A stretch of 64,000 bases of DNA from assembly GCA_965200245.1 (NCBI GenBank), contig CBDATS010000002.1, positions 96,001-160,000 of the forward strand, read 5' to 3'. The position numbers and the translations under genes are program-made. The notes under the pieces are model-generated. The model saw only the letters and a list, made by a program, of their open reading frames with translations. It did not search any database and was not told the DNA's origin. This DNA comes from a bacterium. GTDB taxonomy: Bacteria > UBA8248. Position 1 is the stretch's first letter. Each line of letters opens with the position of its first letter. Positions 9,537 to 18,110 of this stretch are shown here, one piece after another.

Positions 9537-10906
9537 ATGCCGCAGCCAACTGACACCCCCAAGCTAGCCGACGCCTACGCCGAATCCCTGCCCGCCTCGC
9601 GTGCCCTCTACGAGCGGGCACAAGAGGTCTTCCCCGACGGGGTGACACACGACAACCGCAGGATGCAGCCGTTTCCCATCTACGTCGAGCGTGCCGAGGG
9701 CGCACACAAGTGGGATGTGGACGGTAACCGCTACATCGACTACTGGATGGGCCACGGCGCGCTTCTCCATGGACACAACCCGCCTCACATCCGGGATGCC
9801 GTGAGCGAGGCCGTTCTCAAGGGTTCACATTACGGGGCGAGCCACGGGCCGGAGGTGGAATGGGGTGAATGGGTGCAACGCCTCGTGCCCTGCGCCGAGC
9901 GGGTGCGCTTTACCGCTTCGGGAACCGAGGCCACCCACATGGCACTCCGGCTCGCGCGCGCCTTCACAGGCCGGAAACGCGTTGTCAAGTTCGCAGGCCA
10001 TTTCCACGGCTGGCACGAGGGACTCGAAATCGGCGTACGCGCCCCTACACGAATGCGCCCGAAGCGGGACAACTGGAAGTGGTGACGGACCTGGTCACCG
10101 TCTGCCCGCCGGACGACACCGAAGCCGTCCGGGAGGCACTCGCACCGGGCGAGGTCGCTGCGCTCATCCTGGAGCCGACCGGCGGACATTTCGGCACTAT
10201 CCCGATGAGACAGGATTTCGTTGCCGCGCTCAGGGAAGAGACGGAAAAGTCGGGCACACTCCTCGTTTTCGATGAGGTGGTAACCGGCTTTCGCGTCGCG
10301 CCGGGCGGCGCGCAGGCGCATTTCTGTGTAACGCCCGATCTGGCGAGCCTCGCCAAGATACTCGCAGGCGGCCTGCCGGGGGGAGCCGTCGTGGGACGGG
10401 CTGACGTGCTCGAGTATCTCGCCACCAAGCCGGATCCCGAGGTGAACCGCCACACGAAAATCCCCCATCACGGTACCTTCAACGCGAACCCCATATCTGC
10501 GGCCGCAGGCGTCGCCATGCTCTCGACCCTGAGGGATGGCCGGATAACCGAAGAGGTGAACACGCAGGCGCATAAACTCAGATGCGGGATGAACGAGATT
10601 CTCGCGCGAGAAGCCGTGGCCTGGCGGGTGTATGGCGAATACAGCGACTGGAAAATATTCTTCGACGCCGATGTCCCGCCGAAAGACGGAGAGGATCAGG
10701 ATGTAGGCGGAATCGACTGGCGGCGCCTCGATTCCAAAAACGCGCAGAAAAGCCGGGCACTCAGACAATCGCTGATCCTCCACGGTGTAGATTTCAACGG
10801 CGCGCGCGCTTTGGTGGGAACATGTCACACGGACGACGTAATCGAGGAAACTCTTGCCGCCTTCCGGGCGGGCGTCCGGACCATGAAGGAAGAAGGCATC
10901 GCCTAG
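9537..10906 (+). pseudogene. Class III aminotransferase (glutamate-1-semialdehyde aminomutase-like), split by a 1-nt frameshift
   Basis: ORF 9537-10085 (WDVDGNRYIDY, ASGTEAT, FHGWH) continues in ORF frame 9869-10906 (FDEVVTGFR, AKILAGGLPGG, GTFNANP); one extra C in CCCC at 10042-10045 restores a 456-aa frame. Confidence 0.8.
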
Positions 10907-10952
10907 AGATTTTTCCAACAGACGCATCAAACCCCATGTAGGAGAGTTACAC

Positions 10953-12203
10953 TTGTACAGCGCGCTGAAAGGCCTATTGAGCTTCGAATCCGGACGCATC
11001 GTGGACGACATGGAACATCCTTTCACCTGCCCTGAAACGGGCGGGAACCTGCAGGGCAGCTACGACTTCGAGTGGATAAGGGCGAACGTGGACAGGGACG
11101 AAATCGCTCGCAGACCACAGGGAATCTGGCGCTGGCGCGAACTTCTGCCCGTGCGGGACGAGAAGAACGTGGTATCGCTTGTGGAGGGCGACACCCCTCT
11201 CATCCACGCGGAGAGGCTCGGGAAGGCGATCGGGTACAGGAACCTCTACATTCTGGATGAATCGAGAAACCCTACGGGATCGTTCAAGGACAGGGGCGGA
11301 TCGGTCACTATCAGCAAATGCAGGGAAGTAGGGATAGACCGCATCGTGCTGCCTTCATCGGGCAACGCCGCCGCCTGTTTCAGTGCCTATTGTGCGCGGG
11401 GAGGTATCGAGTTCATCGGCTTCGTGCGCGATGACAGTTCGGCGGTCCATTGCCTGCAAGTCGGGGCATACGGAGCATTCACGCTCATCGTCGAGGGCGA
11501 TCAGGGCGTGGGCGGGTGCTTCGCCGAAGAAGTCTCGAAAGAACTCGGCTGCCTGCACGCCACCCTGCCCCGGAATCTCTACAGAATCGAGGGCAAAAAG
11601 ACGGCAGCTTTCGAGATTGCGGAAAAACTCGGCTGGCGCGCTCCGGATCGCGTCGTCTGCCCCACGGCGGGTGGCACCATGGCGCTCGCGATGGATCAGG
11701 GTTTCCGAGAACTTCTGGCCTTGGGATGGATAGACAGCATGCCGGCCATCGACATCGTGCAGCCAGAAGGATGTGCGCCCATCGTCCGGGCACTGCGCAC
11801 GGGCGGAAAGGTGGAGCCATGGGGCGAAGTGCGCACGAAATCCGCCGGCCTCACGAGTCCTTCGCCGGGTGCGGGCGAACGCGTGTCCGAAGTTGTTCGG
11901 AAATCAGAGGGTCACGGCATCATCGTGAGCGACGCGATGAACCTAGAAGCCGAATTCCAGATTGCCGGACGCGAGGGACTTTTCCTGCAGCCCGCCTCTG
12001 CGGCGTCCGTCGCGAGCCTGATGGAAGGCGCCGAGCGTCCCGGAAAACCCGAAGCCGACGAGGTAATCGTCTGCATCGGCACGGGTACGGGCAAGAACGC
12101 AACGGAAGTGGCGAGCGAGTCGCTCGGCAGGCCGGGGCGCATTCCACCCGACATCAAGGCCTTCAAGCAAGCGCGCACCGCCTGGCGGGGCAACGGTTCC
12201 TGA
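10953..12203 (+). CDS. Threonine synthase-like PLP enzyme (fold type II)
   Basis: SLVEGDTPL, NPTGSFKDRG (PLP lysine), SSGNAA, YRIEGKKT, CIGTGTG; TTG start after AGGAG. Confidence 0.85.
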   Translation: MYSALKGLLSFESGRIVDDMEHPFTCPETGGNLQGSYDFEWIRANVDRDEIARRPQGIWRWRELLPVRDEKNVVSLVEGDTPLIHAERLGKAIGYRNLYILDESRNPTGSFKDRGGSVTISKCREVGIDRIVLPSSGNAAACFSAYCARGGIEFIGFVRDDSSAVHCLQVGAYGAFTLIVEGDQGVGGCFAEEVSKELGCLHATLPRNLYRIEGKKTAAFEIAEKLGWRAPDRVVCPTAGGTMALAMDQGFRELLALGWIDSMPAIDIVQPEGCAPIVRALRTGGKVEPWGEVRTKSAGLTSPSPGAGERVSEVVRKSEGHGIIVSDAMNLEAEFQIAGREGLFLQPASAASVASLMEGAERPGKPEADEVIVCIGTGTGKNATEVASESLGRPGRIPPDIKAFKQARTAWRGNGS

Positions 12204-12482
12204 GGCTGTACGTCTGTGCGAATGCAATCCTGACAAACGACACAACACCTGCTGATGCCGGAGAACACTCCGGTTCTTAATAGTACAGGTTCGACTCCAC
12301 GCGATTTTTATACAGGCGAAAATCTTTCCTCCTCCCGTATTATGATAATGTTCCACTTCATCATATAAAGCATAAATATATGTTAATAAGTGCATTACAT
12401 GGATGTCAAAAAATATCCTTTACTTTCGTATTATTTTTGTATACCTTTTTCTCTCACGTCAATTCACACAGGGAGAATAACC

Positions 12483-13727
12483 ATGGTAACGGAAAAAATC
12501 CTCCACAAGCTGACCATTCTCGGCGGACAATCCTTCGACGACAGGGAGGGCCCGCCCGGGGTGCGGAAACATCCCGTATTTCGCCGAAAATTCCTGGCCT
12601 CGGATACCCCTGCGATATTTCCCGTCCCTTTCAAGGGTGGACGCATCATGCCACTTCTCTCCACCATGATGACCAACGCCTGTAGCTACGACTGCCACTA
12701 CTGTCCAATGCGGGCCTCGCGCAACATGCCGCGCCACTCCTTCAGCCCCGATGAGTTGGCCGATACCTTCATGGCCCTCAAGAAGAGAAACCGTGCAGAG
12801 GGGCTGTTCCTCACCAGCGGTATTCCGGGCAGCGGCGTCAGGGGCGCGGACAGGATGATAGCGACGGCGGAAATTCTGCGCTTCAAGTATCGTTTCAGCG
12901 GCTACATTCACCTGAAAATGCTGCCCGGTGCAGAGGATTCCCAGCTCAGCCGTGCCGCACAGATAGCCACGAGGCTCTCCGTAAACCTCGAAGCCGCCAC
13001 CCAGCGAGGACTTCACGCCTTAGCACCCGAGAAAAGGCTGGAAACCGACCTGAAACGCGCCCTTCGCTATGTGGGGAGGATGGCGCGCGAGTCATTTTTC
13101 GAGAGAACAGGCCTCATCAAAGGCGGCGTGACGACACAGTTCATCGTGGGCGCAAGCGGGGAGAGCGATATGGACGTCCTGACTGCCTCCCATTCCCTCC
13201 AGAAGCAGGGTCTCTTGCGCCATACTCATTTCAGTGCCTTCAAGCCCGTGGAGGACACCCCGATGGACGGCGTGCCCTCAGTCTCCAAGACGCGCGAGCA
13301 CAGACTGTATCAGGCGGAGCACCTCCTTCGCGAATATGAATTCGGGCTGGATGAGATTCCCGCTTCAAATGGCAATCTGGCGCTTGATGAAGACCCCAAA
13401 GCGATGTGGGCGAGGCAGAACCTCTCACAGTTCCCGGTGGAGATCATGACTGCGGACCCCAGAATGCTCATGCGCGTACCGGGCATCGGACCCACTTGGG
13501 CGAAACGCCTGGTAGAGGTCAGGAAAAAAGCGCACATACGCGATCTCAGGGATTTGATGCGCCTGGGCCGCATCCGCAAATCGGCGGCTGGCTGGCTCAT
13601 GCTACACGGCAAGCGTCTCGGCCCCGAACCCGTACTGGCCACGCAGATGAGCCTCGGACTGCAGCACAGGGGCAAAAGGTGGGTTCATCCTTCGATGCGA
13701 ATGCTGCCACCGTGTTCCTTTCGTTGA
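12483..13727 (+). CDS. Radical SAM protein with helix-hairpin-helix (putative DNA modification/repair family, TIGR03916-like)
   Basis: NACSYDCHYC, GLFLTSG, GYIHLK, REHRLYQAEHLLREY, LDEDPKAMWA, RVPGIGP. Confidence 0.88.
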   Translation: MVTEKILHKLTILGGQSFDDREGPPGVRKHPVFRRKFLASDTPAIFPVPFKGGRIMPLLSTMMTNACSYDCHYCPMRASRNMPRHSFSPDELADTFMALKKRNRAEGLFLTSGIPGSGVRGADRMIATAEILRFKYRFSGYIHLKMLPGAEDSQLSRAAQIATRLSVNLEAATQRGLHALAPEKRLETDLKRALRYVGRMARESFFERTGLIKGGVTTQFIVGASGESDMDVLTASHSLQKQGLLRHTHFSAFKPVEDTPMDGVPSVSKTREHRLYQAEHLLREYEFGLDEIPASNGNLALDEDPKAMWARQNLSQFPVEIMTADPRMLMRVPGIGPTWAKRLVEVRKKAHIRDLRDLMRLGRIRKSAAGWLMLHGKRLGPEPVLATQMSLGLQHRGKRWVHPSMRMLPPCSFR

Positions 13728-13766
13728 TGAGGTATCCAAAACAGGGAGATGAATCGTGCCGCCTGC

Positions 13767-13795
13767 TTGACGCGAAAAAATGATGGGACTACTCT
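13767..13795 (+). promoter_or_regulatory. Sigma70 promoter for tRNA-Glu
   Basis: TTGACG (13767-13772), 17 nt, TACTCT (13790-13795), ~55 nt upstream of the tRNA. Confidence 0.55.
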
Positions 13796-13849
13796 TCCCG
13801 TCTCTCGTCATCGCACCCGTAAACGCGATGATTACAAGAACCGCTTCAT

Positions 13850-13924
13850 GGCCCCTTCGTCTAGCGGTCAGGACACCGGCCTCTCACGCCGGCAACAGGG
13901 GTTCGAGTCCCCTAGGGGTCACCA
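13850..13924 (+). tRNA. tRNA-Glu (anticodon CTC)
   Basis: Acceptor stem GGCCCCT/AGGGGTC plus ACCA, anticodon arm CCGGC-ctCTCac-GCCGG, T arm AGGGG-TTCGAGT-CCCCT; 75 nt. Confidence 0.97.
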
Positions 13925-13962
13925 GGCTACGAAACTTTCCGGCAACCGGCTCGAACTCCGCC

Positions 13963-14607
13963 TCACCCCCAAGTGTTCACATGCACAATCTCGTCGAGCG
14001 GACGACGCACAGCGGGCTTGAAGTTCGTTCCCAGCTTGTAGGCCACCGGAATCAGCGCCACCTGCATGAAATCATCCGGCACGCCGAGAATCTCCGCGGC
14101 CTCGGCCTCGCAGCGCAGGTGCAACGTGGTGAACACGGAACCAAGACCTCGTGAGCGCAGTGCCAGCTGGAAACTCCACACGGCCGGCATGATGGAACCC
14201 AGCAGACCCGCCCACATGAATCTCGGCGGGCTTTCGGGCAGGAAATTCTGGATACAGGGAATCACTTGCACGGGGGCGTGCTCGATGTTCTCGGCCAGAT
14301 AGATGGCGGAATCGAACACCCGCTCGTCCTGCGTGGCCCCGCTCTCGCGCGCCTGCGCCAGACCCTGCGCAAGATATTCGTCTCCCCCCTTTCGGTAGAG
14401 CCGTCCGAGTTCTCGGCGTTTTTCCTCATCCGTCACCACGAGCCAGCGCCAGCCCTGCCGGTTCGAACCCGTAGGAGCCTGCAGGCCGAGTTCAAGACAA
14501 TCCAACACAACCTGCGTCGGCACTTCACGGGTGAAATCGAGGCGCTTGCGTACCGAACGCGTGGTGGAGAGAAGCTTGTCGGTCATTTCGAGGTCAAAAT
14601 CGGCCAT
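13963..14607 (-). CDS. Nitroreductase family protein
   Basis: TTRSVRKRLD, QAPTGSNRQGWRW, LALRSRGLGSVFTT; AAGGAGG RBS. Confidence 0.92.
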   Translation of the reverse strand: MADFDLEMTDKLLSTTRSVRKRLDFTREVPTQVVLDCLELGLQAPTGSNRQGWRWLVVTDEEKRRELGRLYRKGGDEYLAQGLAQARESGATQDERVFDSAIYLAENIEHAPVQVIPCIQNFLPESPPRFMWAGLLGSIMPAVWSFQLALRSRGLGSVFTTLHLRCEAEAAEILGVPDDFMQVALIPVAYKLGTNFKPAVRRPLDEIVHVNTWG

Positions 14608-14702
14608 GCGGCCCTCCTTTCAGATGCAGGTCTCGTTTGTTACAAGCGGGATACGGCATGGTACCAGAACTGAAAACTCCGCGTAACACACATGCGCGCC
14701 GG

Positions 14703-14731
14703 TTCCCAAGATTTCAGGGCTTGCCTATAAT
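14703..14731 (+). promoter_or_regulatory. Putative sigma70 promoter for AhpD/CMD gene
   Basis: TTCCCA (14703-14708), 17 nt, TATAAT (14726-14731). Confidence 0.45.
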
Positions 14732-14765
14732 CATCCAAAGATTCCATCACCAAAGCGAGGAAACC

Positions 14766-15449
14766 ATGAATAGTCAAGCGCAACAAGCAAGCAGAATCCG
14801 GTTGCTCGACCCCGATGAGGCGGCGGGCGATACGGCGCGTTTTTTCGAGGCGACGCGCGAGTTTCTCGGCCGCATCCCCAATTCCGCGCTTGCGATGGCG
14901 AACACGCCCTACATCGCGCGCTTCTACCTCCCCTTCAACGCCACGCTCCAGCGCGAGGGCATGGGCGGGTTACTCACGTGCAAGATCAAGGAGATCGTGG
15001 TCCTGAAGACGAGCTTCGTGAATTCGTGCGCCTACTGAATCGCTCACAACACGGCGCTTGGTCAAGCAACGGGAATCACTGATGAGCAAATCGAGGCCAT
15101 CGCCTCGGACGATTACATGACCTCCCCGGTTTTAAGCCCGCGCGAGCGTGCCGCCTGCCTGTGGGCGGAGCACTTTACGAAAAATACCGCACGCGAGAAC
15201 CCGGGCGTGCTCGAAGAGGTAAAAAAACACTTCACCGACGGGGAGATCGTCGAAATGTCGCTCATGAGCGGCAAACAGGGCATGATGAACCGCTTCATGG
15301 ACTCGTTCGGCATCCCTATCGAGGACGAGGGCGAGGTGAACAAGATTAAAAAATCCGTGCGCGGAAATCCTGACAAGATGAAAGCCTACCTACAGGCGCT
15401 CATCGACAACTGGCCCGAGGACTTTCCAGAACCCAGCCCGGATGATTAG
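14766..15449 (+). CDS. AhpD/carboxymuconolactone decarboxylase-family protein, probable selenoprotein (CxxU), 227 aa with TGA read-through
   Basis: ORFs ending 15038 and starting 15117 are in the same frame; read-through gives KEIVVLKTSFVNSCAY-U-IAHNTALGQATGITDEQIEAI...LSPRERAA...HFTDGEIVEM; SECIS-like hairpin follows. Confidence 0.85.
15042..15087 (+). promoter_or_regulatory. Bacterial SECIS-like element
   Basis: GCTT-GGTC-AAGC apical hairpin (15056-15067) with the loop 21 nt after TGA; lower GCTCA/TGAGC pairing (15042-46 with 15083-87). Confidence 0.7.
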
Positions 15450-15762
15450 AAGCGCCTGTGGCGGGCGGAGGCCGCCGCACGCACAGAAGTGACATTCAAG
15501 CTTACGCGCCTCTTGCTACAGGTGCCCTCTCCTCACGGATCGAACCATCTCTTGAGTTGCGCGCAGAAGGTCACGACGCCGGCGAGTCCCACGGACGGAA
15601 CACTAACCTGCGCTTGCACCTGGAATGGCAGTTACGGCATGCCTGTCCTGGCAGTTATTCGTCCTGAAATGGGACAACCATGGGGGACATCCCTTCAAAT
15701 ACGGACACGGCGGCAGGACGGATCCGAAAATGCCAACCTACGAGGGATTGCACAGCGCTTTT

Positions 15763-16692
15763 TCAACATCTATTCATGGCCTCATGGCCGAGGCCGAGTA
15801 TCCATCCTTCTTCCGTCCTGACGATTCGCCGCTCGTCGAGATTGAGATAAGGAGCACCCTCGAACAAGGGGCCTAGACGGCCCAATGCGTCGAGCCACGC
15901 GAAAGCCTCCGCATTCACGCGAACCTGAGCGGCGTCGAGTATCTCACCCACATTCTGTCGCTTTTCGATCTCTATCCTGAGGAGGGAGGGATAGATTTCA
16001 CAAATCACGGCGGACCCTTCCCCTTCTGGCACTTCGGGCACGCAGAGACCGGTATCGAAGGGCCAGACGGCGAGGCGGCGTTCTTTGAGGAGCGAATGCT
16101 CGACGAGGCGCTTGAGAGCGGGAATGCCCAGGAGTGTCTGCGAACCGACGGAACCTGCGTAGAACAGTTGCCACACGCTCTTGGCGCCTTTGGCTTTATG
16201 ATCGGCGATTCGCCATTCGCAGGGATGCCCCTTCTCGTTCGTACGGTCTGAGGCGTTTGTCGGCACGTTGGGGTAATTCTGTTCTTTCGGGCGCCCCCAA
16301 AAGGGACCAGTCCCCGGATAAGTTTCGTTGATCTTCGCTGCGACCTCGAAGCGGTTGTTCTTATTTTTAGAGTTGTCACAGATATGGAGCTTCAACCAAT
16401 CCCAAAGTGCAAAGGCCGAATCCTCGCCCGTCAGGTGCTTCGCAACTCCGGCGGGATATCCGAAGGGAAAATCGAAGCCTATCAATACCCGCCGGTCAGC
16501 GTCGAGTTCCTTTGAGATAAGGCAGGCGAGCCGCTCCACAGCATCATGTCGGGTGCGGGCGTAAGCGAGTTCTACCACGCCGTCCCTGGCGGCGGCCCAG
16601 CAGATGGCGTCTTCCGTATAACCCTCGGAGCTCGGCGACGAACGTGCCGACCAGTCGACCATGACGTATGTGTCGAAGATGTTCTCGGGCAA
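15763..16692 (-). CDS. Uncharacterised protein, DUF429-like (predicted RNase H-like fold)
   Basis: MVDWSA, VLIGFDFPFGYP, GSVGSQ, VWPF, CEIYPS, EEGWILG; TTG start after AGGAGG. Confidence 0.6.
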   Translation of the reverse strand: MPENIFDTYVMVDWSARSSPSSEGYTEDAICWAAARDGVVELAYARTRHDAVERLACLISKELDADRRVLIGFDFPFGYPAGVAKHLTGEDSAFALWDWLKLHICDNSKNKNNRFEVAAKINETYPGTGPFWGRPKEQNYPNVPTNASDRTNEKGHPCEWRIADHKAKGAKSVWQLFYAGSVGSQTLLGIPALKRLVEHSLLKERRLAVWPFDTGLCVPEVPEGEGSAVICEIYPSLLRIEIEKRQNVGEILDAAQVRVNAEAFAWLDALGRLGPLFEGAPYLNLDERRIVRTEEGWILGLGHEAMNRC

Positions 16693-16755
16693 GCGGTACT
16701 CCTCCTAAAAACGGATTGTCCTCACGAGAGGAACCCTGTGTCAGACGACCTCACA

Positions 16756-17931
16756 CTAGCCGCAGAGTTTCTCCTGGAGCCAGTCAAACATGTAGGTCGC
16801 GCCGATGGCGTAGTTGTCGCGCTGGCAGTGCTGGGAGCCGCCCTCCTCCACGGTGAAGACCTTGAGCGTCTTGTCTTCGGAACCCACGGCGTCGTAGAGG
16901 GCCTGCGCGTCTTCGAGTGGAATCTGCTTGTCGTCCTCCCCGTGCGTGACGAGGAAGGGACACCGCATCTTCTGCACCACTCCGTCGAGCCGGAAGCCCT
17001 CGAGCTTGACCAGGGCGTCGTCGAGCGAATCCGCGTTCAGTATCCACTGGATGTGATGGCCCGGAACGGAAAGTTCTGCCTTGAAGGAAGCTTCGATGCG
17101 CTTTTTCCAGGTGGCATGGTAGTCCCATATCGCCCCCCATGCCAGACACGCCTTGCAGCGGTCTTCCATGCTGGCGATGCGCGGCGCATAGTAACCGCCC
17201 AGGCTGATGGCCATGACACCCGCGCGGTTCACATCCACATCGTCTCTGGTTTCGAGGTAATCGAGTGCGGCCGAGCCCGCGACCTCGTAGTCGGGTCGCA
17301 GGTAGATTTCGCGCAGCCGGATGGCCTCGCCCGTGCCGGGGCCGTCCATGATCAGGCAGCTCATGCCCCGGCGAACGAGGTCTTCCACGCCGCGCGTGAA
17401 CTGAAGCTCCTTGGTGACGTCGAGTCCGTCGAAGAAGATCACCACAGGTGGTCTGCTCTCCTCGGTGTTCTCTGCGTGCACGAAATAGCCCGGCAGGTGC
17501 TTTCCACCCTCGAAGGGAACCTCCACGGCCTCGATTCGGGGCCTGTCCGTCAGGCGCACGAAACGGCGGAACACGTCGAGCGATTTCTCGAATGTGGCGA
17601 TGGCTCGTTCGTCCTTGGGTGTCCGGAAACGCTCGCCCATCTGGTAGTAGCAGGTGGCACGCTTGTAGTGGGAGGCGGCGGAGAGATATCTGTTCGTCTC
17701 CTCGGCAGCACGCCCCAGATCGCGCACGATGTCGCCCATGCGATCCCACTCGTCGAACCAAAGGTCGTCGTCACCGAGCTTCCTGTAGAGGCGGCGGCAA
17801 ACCTTGTCGACTTCGCCGATCTCCGTCCCGCCCCATTGCGCACTGGACACCATGCCGCAGATGGCGGCCGACCAGCGGTAGTCTTCGGGAAAATACGTGA
17901 ACCAGTTCGTGTTCGCGGGTGCTTCCGCCAT
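16756..17931 (-). CDS. Alpha/beta hydrolase (2,6-dihydroxypseudooxynicotine hydrolase/FrsA-like)
   Basis: FDGLDVTKE, DGPGTGE, nucleophile elbow ISLGGYYAPR, HGEDD, QHCQ. Confidence 0.85.
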   Translation of the reverse strand: MAEAPANTNWFTYFPEDYRWSAAICGMVSSAQWGGTEIGEVDKVCRRLYRKLGDDDLWFDEWDRMGDIVRDLGRAAEETNRYLSAASHYKRATCYYQMGERFRTPKDERAIATFEKSLDVFRRFVRLTDRPRIEAVEVPFEGGKHLPGYFVHAENTEESRPPVVIFFDGLDVTKELQFTRGVEDLVRRGMSCLIMDGPGTGEAIRLREIYLRPDYEVAGSAALDYLETRDDVDVNRAGVMAISLGGYYAPRIASMEDRCKACLAWGAIWDYHATWKKRIEASFKAELSVPGHHIQWILNADSLDDALVKLEGFRLDGVVQKMRCPFLVTHGEDDKQIPLEDAQALYDAVGSEDKTLKVFTVEEGGSQHCQRDNYAIGATYMFDWLQEKLCG

Positions 17932-18110
17932 GAAGAGCCTCCTTTGGACCGCATCCATATCGCACCAGATCACATGAACGCCCAGCCCTGCGAGTCGCGC
18001 GAATGCGGGTTATCGGGTTGAATGTAAACGGTGGGGATCATATCTTTGTTCCGAGCCGATAATCAAACTGATGAGCGGATTGCGGGCGTCCCGAGAATGA
18101 GGAATGTGCG

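Noticed and set aside
10030-10090. Programmed ribosomal frameshift in the class III aminotransferase
   Set aside because: No X XXY YYZ slippery site; a single indel explains it.
12255-12300. Possible LexA box (GAAC...GTTC, GTAC...GTTC) upstream of the radical SAM gene
   Set aside because: Spacings (6 and 2 nt) do not match the LexA motifs I know; cannot support.
15450-15760. Short overlapping ORFs after the AhpD-like gene
   Set aside because: No family motif or convincing RBS; may be a gene remnant but cannot be assigned.
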